A stretch of DNA of 64,000 bases from an uncultured archaeon (lineage in GTDB: Archaea > Iainarchaeota > Iainarchaeia > Iainarchaeales > 1-14-0-10-31-34). Below are positions 36,901 through 47,400 of this stretch, piece by piece; position 1 is the first letter of the stretch, and the number at the start of each line of letters is the position of its first letter. Position numbers and translations under genes: made by a program. Where the stretch lies: the NCBI GenBank assembly GCA_964442255.1, contig CAYTYC010000004.1, positions 1,416 to 65,415 on the forward strand, given 5' to 3'. The notes under the pieces were generated by a model that did not search any database, was not told where the DNA came from, and saw only the letters and a list, made by a program, of their open reading frames with translations.

Positions 36901-39900
36901 TCGCGGGCAGTTTCACTTCCTGCCGGCTTAAATGCAGCGGGCTTTCAAACTCAAACCTTGTTTCTCCCCCGCATTCCTTTGTTTTCACAAGGAAAGAGTC
37001 TGTTCCTTCCACCGGAATCTTCAAATAATTCTTTGAAACGGACACGCAGTCAAGGATGTTGTTTACGGTAATGCTGGTTGAAAGGAAGTCTTCAACCCAT
37101 TCATCTTCCCCTTCCACTTCATTTCTTGCCCTGAAGTCAACCCTTGCCTTTGCCGTGCCCTGCATTCCGCCAAGGGGAGTGAACTCCAAAAAGCCCACGA
37201 TTTTTGCTTCCGGTTCAATCCTTCCCACAAGCTTCCTGTAATAATTGTTCCTTAACTCCATTGGCGTATCTGCGGCCGTGAAACTGAAAACGCCTATCTG
37301 GTTGCTTTCCCATTCAACTTTTGCCTCCAAATCCTGAATCATCACAGGCCTTCCGTCAACCGTGCAGTTGTTTTGAACCTCAAGGCTTAAGGTTATCGGG
37401 TCTCCCTCTGTCCTGCCGCTCCATGCGTTCTGCGTAACATTCAGGCAGCCCGGCTCATCCACTTCCCCGCCTATTCCCACTGAAACAATTAACGGAATTT
37501 CAAACACCCATTCCGATTCATTCGAGCCAAGCCTTACTTCAACCTGCCCTTTCATCTGGAACCTGTTGGAGAGGGTTCTGCCCTCGTTTGAAAGCATTAC
37601 CCCGACTTCAAATTCCTTGCTGTCCCCGCTCCTTAAAATTCCGCCCGCGTAATTTCTTTCCAGCGAATTATTCATTGTCTCCGTGTCCAGGATTCCGCGG
37701 AAGTTTCCCGTCACCCCAATGCTTCTTACTTCCAAGTCAAACTGCACCAAGCTCTCCAATTCAAGCAATTCAATTGACGAAGGCTTTTTCGCCGTGTTCA
37801 GGGAGGAACTCATTTTTTTCGGCGAAAAGGACACGATGTTTCCGTCCACCCACACGCTGTGCTCTACCGGATTAAAGCCCTGTTTTTCTGCCTTTATTTT
37901 CAGCCTTGCGCCCGGTTCCTGTGGGGGAATAACCAAATCAATGTTTCCCCTGTCCGGGAGTTGGCTGGAAGTAAAGCCTTCATCCAGAATGGTGCCGAAT
38001 TTGTCCATTGCCTTTACGAACACGTCTCCTTCTTCCAGGCCTGTTTCAAGGTCTTTCACTTCCACGGTGATTGTTTCCTTTATTCCTGAGGCAATTGTTT
38101 CCGGCTCAACATTTATCCCCAAATTTTTTGCCGCGTCAATCTCAATCCAGTTTTCATTGAAGTAAACGACTTTTCCTCCTTCCCCGCGCTGTTCAACCAA
38201 CCTTATCCTTAACCCTGTTTCAACCGGATTTAGTGTGGTAAAGGTTAATGAGCCGCTGATGCTTTTGTTTGGGCTGAAGTCAGGCAATTCAATCAACGGT
38301 AGCCGGGATTTTTTTTCCGCGTTTCCCCTTACCGGCTGGTTGTTGGGTTTGGTGATTGAGTATTCCCCGAAGCCCAAATCTTCCCCGGGGTTGTCTATGC
38401 GGAGCGTGGCGTTTGTGTAAATTCTTTCCCTTTCATTGTTCACCAAACTGAAAACAAATTTGTATTCTTTCAGCAGTTCCGCGTTGTAGGGCTCTTCCCC
38501 CACGTCTTCCGTCAAACGCTCGCCCAAATCAATTATTGTCGCGTTAAAGCAAAACCTGTCATCGCAGAGAGTGTCGCCTTCCCCGATTGAATAGATTTTT
38601 TCTTTTGCCTGCGCGTACAGTTCCTCTTCCACAACCCCCGGCGCGGGGTCCCTTACAGTCTTTCCGCCTGTTTTTCCCCATGCCCTGTAATACAGGTTCA
38701 CCGTGTCTGAGAGTGAGGCAAAGTCTTTTACCTGGATTTTTATTTTCGCGAAGTAAGTCCCCTCTGTCACTCCCCTGCCGGCGTTTGTCCAAACAATGTT
38801 CGCCCACTTCGCATCCTCGCTTGTCACGCTCCTTAAATCTTCTTCAACGTTGTTTCCCGTGTACTTAGTGAAAAGCATTACCTTGTCCGCGGTGGAGTTA
38901 ACTGTCTTGATTTTCACCACATCGTTTTCCATGTACGCCTCTTTTCCTGCGCGGAAATGCAGCCCGATTTCATCGAATGACTGGTTTTCCGGAACCTTTA
39001 ACTTGAATTCCGCGTAATAGCTTTCGCCCGGCGCAAGCACGTCTTCCACAACCCTGTCGTCTATTGTAAGCCCCAAAAACTCCATTACAATTTTGTCTTC
39101 TGTTGCAACAACAAGCCTGTCCAGTATTATTTCCCTTCCTTCCAGGCTGTTTGGAATTACCCCGATTTTTTCTCCCCGGTAGGTCGCGTATCCGTCCATT
39201 GTCACCTTGAAGTAAACCGTTTTTCCCGCCTTTGTTGTGTACAGGGAAACGCCTTCCGCGTTTGTCGGCACGGTTTCCAGCTCCGAATCATCAGCTGAAT
39301 CATAGAAAGTCACAAAAGCGTTCGCGATTGCCTCGCCTTCCTTGTCTTTTACCTTAACCCTTATTGCGCCTTCAGGCAAAACCATTGCCACAACCAGTTC
39401 AAAGTCTTCCGCAATCCTTCCCGTAAAGTATCCTTTGTCGCTCCACCCGTGCAGGTTTCCGTATGAGGCGTATGCCATGTAGGTGCCGTCCTGTATTCCC
39501 TTGAATGTCACGTAGCCGTTTGAATCGGCGTCAACCCTTTGCCTTTTTGCGGTCACCGGCTTTTGTTCCTCGTCAAACAAACTCACCAATGCGCCTATGA
39601 CAGGCTTTCCTGTGCCTTCATCTATTACCCTTACCTTTAAATCCGCGCCGTTCACGCGCGGAATGTACCTTGTCAGCTTGAGCACGTAAATTCCGTCGGA
39701 AACCTTGAACGGCCAGTCATCGTAAATCAGGTAATCCTCGTGTTCAACCTTTACCCCGTATTCCCTGCCGGTGTCTTCAACCAAAAACTTTACTTTTGCA
39801 AGCTTGTCTTTTTCTGTTGTGCGCTGGTCTATCAGCGCTCCCGCATCATTGTACAGGCTGACTAATGCGCCGTCAATCGGCTTGTTTATGCCGGTTTCCT

Positions 39901-41290
39901 GCACCTGCATTGTAATGTATCCTGAGCCTGGCCCGATAATGCAGTCCGGGTCATCCCCATCAACATAACCGTCCAAATCATCATCAACGCCGTTGTCGCA
40001 GATTTCTGTTCCCCCAACACAATCCGGGTCATCCAGGTCAATGTAGCCGTCGCCGTCATCGTCTTCGCCGTTGTCGCATATTTCTGTTTCATCTTCCGGG
40101 CAGTCCTCCCAGTCGTCAAAGTCCGTGTAGCCGTCTCCGTCGTCGTCCAAGCCGTTTCCGCATATTTCTATGCCCCGGCAGTCCTCGTCATCCAAATCCG
40201 TGTACCCGTCTTCGTCGTCGTCTATTCCGTTGTCGCAGATTGTCTCCTTGTCGGGCGTGTTTCCCGGGTCTTTGGCAGTGCGCATGTAAATTGTTTCAGT
40301 GGCTGTCTGCTCCGCCCTCACAACAACCTGCACAAGCTCCGGCAAATAGGCTGGAGTGTCCTCCGGGTCTGTGACGCTCACGTAATAGCTTCCCGCCGGA
40401 ATGCCGTCAAACACGTATTCCCCGTACATCGTGTAGCCGAACCTTCCTGTTGAAAGGTAAACGCTTTCCATGAGTTCAACTTTCAGCCCGTCAATTTCTT
40501 CCCCTTCGTAAACAGCCCTTACCACCAGTTTTCCTGATGATTCTTCCGGGGCGTCTGCCTGCAGTTCAATTATTTCCGGGTCTCCCCTTGCGGAATGTGA
40601 AAGCACGGGGTTAAATCCTGCTCCTTCCACGCTTACGAGAAGCGTTCCGCAGTCTTTTGGCTCCGATACAATGGTTTTTCCGGTGTAAACTGTCGTCCTT
40701 TCGGGGGCAGGGCTTGCCCCTGCTTTGGTGCACTGGAACCTTAAAATAAGTTCTTCGCCTGAAAGCAGTTTTCCTGTTTCCTTGTCAACCAATTGGATTG
40801 TTCTTCTTATTGGCGCGTCTTTGCCTTCTTCTGTTTTAAGCGTTATTTCCACAGGCAGTTCCATGTCCGGGGAAATGAAAATCGTTCGGGCGAGTTTTTC
40901 GTATCCTTTGTGCTCTATGCTCAAGTCAATTAATGCGCCTTCGTTTGCTTCCAGTTCCGGGCTTAATCCTAAGGCATTTGTTTTTCCCGCTTCAAGCGTT
41001 GTTCCGTCCGCGCTTAAATTGAGTTCAACTCCTGAAAGCGGGGTGTTCGTGCTTTTGTCCAGCACCTTGAGCTGGAATGAAACCTTTTGCGGGGAAATTA
41101 TTTCCGGGAACGCCAGAAAAGTTATTCCAAGGAATAGCAGCAAAACAATTATTATGAGGAAAAGCAGGAAAGAGGGAATTACTTTGTCTATTTTGTCCAC
41201 GAGCCGGTATACTGGTATTTTTTCGTTTATTTTGTCGAGAAAATTGTACCATTTTTCTTCCAAGCCGTAGTAGGCTTCCTTTAGGCCCAT
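33986..41290 (-). CDS. Giant membrane-anchored surface protein paralog 2 (2434 aa) with Asp/Cys-rich metal-binding repeats
   Basis: Same architecture as paralog 1; four EICDNG.DDD.DG..D.DD.DC repeats. Confidence 0.9.
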   Translation of the reverse strand: MGLKEAYYGLEEKWYNFLDKINEKIPVYRLVDKIDKVIPSFLLFLIIIVLLLFLGITFLAFPEIISPQKVSFQLKVLDKSTNTPLSGVELNLSADGTTLEAGKTNALGLSPELEANEGALIDLSIEHKGYEKLARTIFISPDMELPVEITLKTEEGKDAPIRRTIQLVDKETGKLLSGEELILRFQCTKAGASPAPERTTVYTGKTIVSEPKDCGTLLVSVEGAGFNPVLSHSARGDPEIIELQADAPEESSGKLVVRAVYEGEEIDGLKVELMESVYLSTGRFGYTMYGEYVFDGIPAGSYYVSVTDPEDTPAYLPELVQVVVRAEQTATETIYMRTAKDPGNTPDKETICDNGIDDDEDGYTDLDDEDCRGIEICGNGLDDDGDGYTDFDDWEDCPEDETEICDNGEDDDGDGYIDLDDPDCVGGTEICDNGVDDDLDGYVDGDDPDCIIGPGSGYITMQVQETGINKPIDGALVSLYNDAGALIDQRTTEKDKLAKVKFLVEDTGREYGVKVEHEDYLIYDDWPFKVSDGIYVLKLTRYIPRVNGADLKVRVIDEGTGKPVIGALVSLFDEEQKPVTAKRQRVDADSNGYVTFKGIQDGTYMAYASYGNLHGWSDKGYFTGRIAEDFELVVAMVLPEGAIRVKVKDKEGEAIANAFVTFYDSADDSELETVPTNAEGVSLYTTKAGKTVYFKVTMDGYATYRGEKIGVIPNSLEGREIILDRLVVATEDKIVMEFLGLTIDDRVVEDVLAPGESYYAEFKLKVPENQSFDEIGLHFRAGKEAYMENDVVKIKTVNSTADKVMLFTKYTGNNVEEDLRSVTSEDAKWANIVWTNAGRGVTEGTYFAKIKIQVKDFASLSDTVNLYYRAWGKTGGKTVRDPAPGVVEEELYAQAKEKIYSIGEGDTLCDDRFCFNATIIDLGERLTEDVGEEPYNAELLKEYKFVFSLVNNERERIYTNATLRIDNPGEDLGFGEYSITKPNNQPVRGNAEKKSRLPLIELPDFSPNKSISGSLTFTTLNPVETGLRIRLVEQRGEGGKVVYFNENWIEIDAAKNLGINVEPETIASGIKETITVEVKDLETGLEEGDVFVKAMDKFGTILDEGFTSSQLPDRGNIDLVIPPQEPGARLKIKAEKQGFNPVEHSVWVDGNIVSFSPKKMSSSLNTAKKPSSIELLELESLVQFDLEVRSIGVTGNFRGILDTETMNNSLERNYAGGILRSGDSKEFEVGVMLSNEGRTLSNRFQMKGQVEVRLGSNESEWVFEIPLIVSVGIGGEVDEPGCLNVTQNAWSGRTEGDPITLSLEVQNNCTVDGRPVMIQDLEAKVEWESNQIGVFSFTAADTPMELRNNYYRKLVGRIEPEAKIVGFLEFTPLGGMQGTAKARVDFRARNEVEGEDEWVEDFLSTSITVNNILDCVSVSKNYLKIPVEGTDSFLVKTKECGGETRFEFESPLHLSRQEVKLPATGEQEVTVFHDSGKFPGLYPIYVKVTGAGEVSGREIQRIDAELEGIGCIRLSKYFLDIYDDPDVMYDGYDTLTVQNYCHSKEVELEFDVKSIWKAMKDAIIPTLIGVGVHIATDFIQNKLNGTKKPREADLGKNGKEKVVEPDSRGRTPINLDLPEIPESNPSLTNPNLGLTVGETDPDKHGPPGGTSSTTSTTTGETSTGSPDTKSTEEGAAISGGDSGSEETESGESPPESGVAPKESPQPTGLVSATVQPTGMFVTELLSGIPLVGNILGALPGFSTGLGPIWTGIIGFATNTVINYINQEPVIINSLQADVEIQDEWELFKQVLPEKIVEDGITVERGDTKASFVGENTVEGGETFEEIELKFINTGNLKQEDPLRPLFRVLEVTGTQFFYKHKDNAKLDEDDLEDFEEMSAENRLDEFANRLVDRTEKVDKYFNLEFLSYDESDIPVHGQGYGECRLGNKTGSTGANAVPRVKFDWRWDLHNAETGDYRCDEGNEDYIYCDATQLSTEILKKINKLVGENGVLETMGAYCPSGAICGAYSTLTLPKFFEEMEKSGEVLDPIQKEKARQLYKFNAYLIRDGYSADFQKDFHSYATTSAFFEAPEFYMGNEGLGAYFNNPSLFEFDYAAKMLSVNAPIRKPGLYEVEIEISFNDESYTLFVGGQPNAKITVHLNQKADAWPPSPFYYLPFNGRIGMDNDRIGYGVNFSGEEININNTGDVVHTSSAQGQAQVHTLETKVEDSLKALNMDKRGVILEVKRNNDELTSMDFSPSKATSVVMEIEDTGTESVYAFYTATVDGEAQNLGDNGLTKWVGLPEGENACRDFGDAPNDLFEVPDTHGSSTPLSRDLYEYGFHWNDPVKYGKVFMQTIFFTPQEAVSKLSVARKSGTLKFHTAVEENITGATTLSGFRSDEVKTVEDLFDLMEQEKVCLTDTKSEVLAEFWWNPETVAEPLEPVIQKLNIEETCIQ
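39941..40246 (-). repeat. Four tandem EICDNGxDDDxDGxxDxDDxDC repeats (putative Ca/metal-binding)
   Basis: Direct translation of paralog 2. Confidence 0.85.
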
Positions 41291-41302
41291 TGGTTTTACC
41301 TC

Positions 41303-41312
41303 GCAGAGTGAA
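41303..41312 (-). promoter_or_regulatory. TTCACTCTGC motif upstream of paralog 2
   Basis: Identical 10-mer with identical 12-nt spacing to the ATG at 49349-49358. Confidence 0.55.
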
Positions 41313-41473
41313 GACCGTATATATTGTTCTTTGGACTCTTTTTATTACTTTCTTTCATTATGCCGCAGACTTTAGTGAACCTTTTTTTTAACAAAAAGGG
41401 CCTGAGGACTGAATTGTTATAAATAGAGTTTTGCCATTTAAAAGCCTTTGCCTTTCTTTTTGGGTGTTGGCGG

Positions 41474-44400
41474 CTATTTGCTGGCTTCCAGCTTTGCCAG
41501 CAAAGCCTTAAGCTCTGTGCTCACTTTTTCCTTGTTCCAGCTCAGCTCAAGGCCTGTGGCGTATCCGTCCCTTACGTCCAGCGGCTCAAAGCAAACCAGC
41601 TCGTTTTTAATCCTGTCAATCATTGCCTTGATTGTTTCCCCTGAAAGGTTTGCATTGCTTAAAACGGCTTCTTTTGGCTGGGTTCCGCCCGGGTGCGTGA
41701 TTTCGCGCGGGTTTTTGTTGAAGAAGTCGACAATGCTTGCTTCTGCCCTGCCCTGCGAGCACAGCACGGAAAACTTAAGCTGCCCTTTCATTGGCACAAA
41801 GGCAAGCGCCAAAAGCCCGGTTGTGCCTGTGCTTTTCTCCGTGCTTATTACAACACTGTGCCTTTCCTCTGTTGCGCCTGCGCAGAGCTCCGCCATGTTC
41901 CTTATCCTGTCCTCGAACTGGCCTTCCGCGCTCAGCCATTCAACCATTGGCTCCAGTTCCTCGCCCACTTTGTGGCCGGAGATGTCCGTTATCTCGTAGT
42001 AGAATCCTTTTCCTTTTTCCCCTCCTTCCAGTTCAGCCTTAATGTTCACGGGATTTGAGGGCGTGTACTTAATTAGCCCGCTTCCGCCTGTTCCGCCGTA
42101 TTTTTCAATCCTTAAAAGCGTTCCTGTTTTTGTTTCTTCAAGGCTTTGCGGGAACTCAACCCTGAAGTGCATCACTCCGCCCACACCGGTCTTTAATGGG
42201 GCTCCGTCCATAAGCTCCACTTCCGGGGCTCCGCTGTCAGCGTTGTCTGTGAAGACGCCGTAATCGTATATTGTGACAGGCAAGATGGAGCTTGCGGGCG
42301 TTGAGCTGAATCTTCCGTCAACCTTTCCGTCGAACGGCATTTCAAACAGGAAGTTTTTCACATATTCCTCCATTCCTTCAATGTCTTTCAGCAAGTTCAG
42401 CCTCTCGAAGGTAATCTCAAACTTTCTTTTGTCTTCTTCCGCCTTTCCCCAAAGGTAGTTTACGTTCACCTTGTATTCGCCTGCGTTGATTTCTTTTGGG
42501 GGAAGTTTTTCAACGTTTTTTCCGTTAAGCGTTGTATCTGGCGCACCAAGCCCGCCGATGTTCTTGTATGTTGACGCAAAGTCCCCGAACAATGATTTTG
42601 TGTAAGCTTCGTGCATTAAGTAGGAGTTAACCGTAATGTTTTCGTTGTAGAGCCTGTCTATTTCGTCTGTTGTTATCCCTGAAACCTTTTTCCCTTTCTT
42701 GATTATCTCGTTTTTCATTTCCTCCTCTTTTTCCCCGAAATCCTTGTTCCTTGTGCCGAGCTTGAATGAGGTTCCCTTGTAAAGCTTTTGCAGGAACTGG
42801 GCGGCAATTGGCGTGTCAATGGCTTTGGCTATCTTGCCGTCGTCTTCCACAATTATTGCAATCCTGCATACGGTTGCGTTTTCTTTAAGCGCGTCGCAGC
42901 ACCCGCTTGGCGGATAGGTCGTGGTCGGGGTGCTGCGCCAGTCCGCGCATGCCGCCCTGTCATCTTCCATTGCATTTTCAAGCCTGTCATGCATTGCCTT
43001 GAATTCGTTGAATGTGAGCACGTAATATTTTCCGGTTATCTGCTCTGCCCCAAGGTCTTTCAATGTTTTAATTTCATCTCCGGTGAAGCCTTTGGTGTTC
43101 ACTTCAGCCACTATGTCCAGATGGTCAACTGCCGGCGCGCTTTTCATTTCGCTTAAAAGCCTTGAAGCCCTTTCAACAGTGGCGTCTGCCTCTTCCGGCA
43201 TGTCCCCTGCGGTTGCAAGCACTGCTTCCGCGAATTCTGTGTCCAGCACGCCCTCAAGTTCAGACGGCCTCAGGGGTTTTGGCTGCCTTAGGATACGCCC
43301 TGTTTCACCGTCCAAAAAGAACGCCAACTGTGTCCTTCCGCCTTCAGGGTCGTCGTCGGTTATTGCCTTCTGTGCCGCCGCAAACCTGTACAAATTGTTT
43401 GAGTTTTTTTCGCAGACCTTTGTTTCGCTCCACTCATCCTCAATGCAGTCGTTGTTTTCAACCTTTTCCGTGAATTCCTTTATGGTTTTGGCTTTCTGGT
43501 CAAGCGAAACCGCGTACTGCGCCCCGTCGCAGAACATTGCGTTTTCGTTTACCGAACTGTCGCAGATATTTTTGCCCAGCGTCTCCAAGTCCCCGTAATC
43601 CCATTCAAACAACAGCCTGTCAAAGCCGTATTTTGTTATTACCCCGCTTCCTGTTTCAGCGCCCTCCTTTTCACAGCCTGCAATTTTTTCCCTGAGCTCC
43701 TGCTTCAGCAGCTCTATTTTTGCTTGGCGTTCTTCCGGTGTAAGCCCTCCAAGCTCTTCTTCAACTGTTTCCCTCACTTTTTCTTTCTCTTCTTCGGGAA
43801 GCTCGCATTCCTTCAGTTTTTTCATTATTTCATCAGCTTTTCCTTCAATTTCGTCCAAACGTTTATTTGCTTCGTCAAGCACTCTCTCATAACAGTCCTG
43901 TGTTTTGTCTTCCCATTCGCCTGGCCCTTCCCCGTCGCCTTTCACGTTTACCTTGAACGGCATAATCACGTCCGCAACCCTTGCCGGGTTTGGCCTTATG
44001 ACTTTCACGTGCAGGCTGCCCTCAAACCCCACCATGTCTCCCTTCGTTTTCCCGAGCTTTTTCACCATGAGCTCAATGTTTTTTCCGCCGTCCACTTCCT
44101 CAAATGAAACCCTTATGTTGTCTTTTTCAAACGCCTTTTGCCCCCAAATCCGCAGCCTGTCCTGTTGCCCGCATTTTTCTGCGTCCCTTTCGGTTATCAG
44201 CACCGGTGGAGAGGGCTTCCACTTGAATGTGCCCCCGTCAAAGTAGTACTCGTCTATTGTGAATCCGAGCTCGAATTCAAACCGGTTCCTGATGCATTCT
44301 TCCGGGGAAACATCCGGGTTTCCGTAGTAAACCCTTCCGCTCAGCCCTGAAGCCAGTTCCCATAAGTCTTCCACCGTAATCCTGAACGGCACGTAATCCT

Positions 44401-47400
44401 CAAACCCGTAGCGGTTTGTGAAGTAAACCTTGAGCATTGACGGAGTCCACGCCCTGTAATAAAGGTCGGATAACTCCCACCTGAACCTTAAAAGCTTTCC
44501 AATTGGGTCCACGTTGTCTTTAATGGATTTTTCCACGCTTTTCTGGTACTGCGTGGGGTCCTGAACTTTTATCAGGCTGAAAACCATTTCTTCGGTTGCC
44601 TGCCCGTTTGGCCCGATTTTTGTTCTCGGGGGCTCGTCTATTATCACGTTGTCCGCAATCAAGTACTCCTGAATTGTGGTCGGCGTTCTCCCTGCTGCAG
44701 AGACCCCTGCGCCTTCCCTGTAGCCGCGGTCGCTTAAATTGGATTCAAAGAAGCTCAAGCCTTCCACTTTAATTGGCCTGTCCCTCTTTAAAATAACCCC
44801 CTGGTTGAAGCACGTGTTTGTGATTATTCCCTGCTGCGGTTTCGGGAAAAGGCTGTTGAACTGAAAGGTTCTCCTGTTCAAGGTGATGCAGTCCGAGTAA
44901 TCCCGTATGTATTCTGACTGCACAAGGTAAAGCAGTGTGTCAATGTCTTTCTTGGTTTCCTCCGATGCAGCAAGCCCTGCCCTTATGTGCACAGGGTATT
45001 CCCCGAAAAAGTAAGCGGGCTGGACAGTGAATTCCGTTTCCTCTTTTGGCTCAAGCGTCCCTGAATCCGGGCTGACCATTAAATTTTCTGAATCCACTTC
45101 AATATCCACTGTTGCCCCGCAGTTGTTTATTGCCTTGAATTTTCCCTGGTTTGCCATTCCGTATCCGTGTAATCCGCTGTAAGCCGGATCCATGTATCCG
45201 CCGCCGTAAAAGGGCTGCTGGTATCCCCCGTAAGGGAAGCTTAACTGGTTCCAGTTGTTGTACAAAATGTCGCTGCTTCTTCCCGCGCTTCCAATTGAGG
45301 TGTTAGCGTAATAGGAGCTGGAATACCAGTCCGGGTTGTCCATGTTGCTTAACCTGTAAAAGTTGTTGTAAGAGTTTGGGTTCTGGTAGTATGCGCCTGT
45401 TGAAAGCGGATTGTATCCAAAATAGTTTTGGTGCATTCCGTAACCCAAATTGTATGGGCCGAATTCCAGCCTCTGCGAACCGATGGCGCGGATTTCCATG
45501 CATTCAAGTATGTCGTTTATTGAAACCTCTGCCTCAATCTCAGCCTTTATTTCCTGCAATCCCTGTTCTGTGGGGTTTGTTGCCTGCACAATAAGCCTTG
45601 CGGTTCCCTTTGCGCTCTTCAATACATCCGGGTCAAATGTGAAAGCAAGGCTTGTTTCACTGTTCGTGGGCAGTGACTCCGAGAGCCCCCTGAACTTTGA
45701 GGTTAAGTCAACGCGCCGGCTTCCCTGAATGTCCGCGTCCACGCTGAACTCTCCCACAGGGTTTTCGTTCCATAAAACTTTTGCCTGCAGGTTTTTGAGT
45801 GCAATGCTTTTTCCGTCAACAGAGCAGTTGTTTATGAGCACAATGCTTTGCCCCACTGTTTCTTTTCCGGTTAAAATATTCCATTTTTCTTTTGTCAGCA
45901 CCAAACACTCCAAATCATCCACTTCTCCCCCAAGGCCGATGAACACTTCAATTGGAACCTCTATGCTGAACGATTTTTCTGTTTCCTGGTTTGCAAGGTA
46001 TGCGAGGATTTTTCCTTTAACAGTCCTAACCTCATTTAACGCCTTTCCTTTCGGGCTTAAGCTCAACCCGAAAGCAATGCTGTAATCCAGGCCTTTCACT
46101 ATTTCAGCCCCAACGTATTGCTCCAACAGCCTGAACCTCAAATAGTCGGTGAAGTCCCCGGAAAACTCGATGGCTTCAATTGTCAGCGGCAAGTCCGTGA
46201 GGCTTCTCACCACAACATCCCTTTGCACTTCAAAGTCTTCAACCACGCTCAGGCTTTCCGTTATCTCTTCCGGAGTGAAGCTTAAAACATTCGGCTCCAG
46301 CTTAACAGTTTGCTCCACTGTTTTGTATCCGTTTTTTTCCGCTTTTATTGTAAGTTCCGCGCCGGGCTCAAGCCTTTCCAGCGTTAAAGTGTAAACGCCT
46401 TCACTGTCGCTTACTCCGCTGTAAGCCATTTCCCCGTTCACCTTGATGTCCACCCTCACCCCGGGAATCCCTTTTCCGCCGCTGTCCGTGAAGCGCAGGA
46501 TTACGTTGTTTTTAATGAACGGGACAACCATTAAGGGCAGCATTTCCAGTTCCATTTCCTTTACCGCTTCAACCTTTACCCTGAAGTTTTTGGAGAAAAC
46601 CCTGTTTTCCCCTCCCGCCCCGCTCGCAACAATCTGGAAGTTCAGGTTGTTTGTCCCTTCCTTCATGGTTTTAAAGTTTACCCATCCCTGCACGGTGTCG
46701 CCTTTGCTTATGTTCCCCATTGGAGCTGTTAGCTCAAACCTGTCCGCGTTTCCCGCGCTTTTCGCTGAGGTGACGTCTATGACCTCGTATTCCCCGAACT
46801 TCAGCCCCTCGTTTTCGGATTTTATTTCCAGTTTTGCGTCCGGGCTGTATTCTTCCCCCACGCTTGTCAGGCTGAATTTTAGCCGGTAGTTTCCGCTTAT
46901 TTCCGCGGGATAGCTTTCCACAACCGTTGTTTCGCTTCCTGTTTCAATGTTTGCCATGGTGAAGCTTGAGCAAAAGCTTTTTCCGCACAAATTGCTTGGG
47001 CCTAAAGTGTAAACCTCTGTTTTAACCCTTGCATAAAGCGCCTGTTTTTCGGAGTTTTCCTTTGAGGCGCCCAAAACAGAGTCCGACGGAAAGCGGAGAA
47101 CGCTTTCCCTTTCTCCCCACGCGCGGTAATGGATTTCAAGCTTTTCCCCGCTTCTTGCCGCGTCCCTTACCTGTATTTCCGCTTCAATCTCCATTATTCC
47201 TTCATCCACGTCCATCCACTTGATGTTAGCCCATTTCGCGCTTCCGCTTGTCGTGTGCTGGCTGTCAACCGCATGCCCTTTTGGGGGATTGTATGAAGTG
47301 CCTTTCAGGATTACTGCGTCCGATGCCGTGGCGCTTTTAATGTGCAGGGAATCCTTTTCGATTATGTTGTTTGTGTTGTCCGCGCTTTTTCCTGTGCGGA

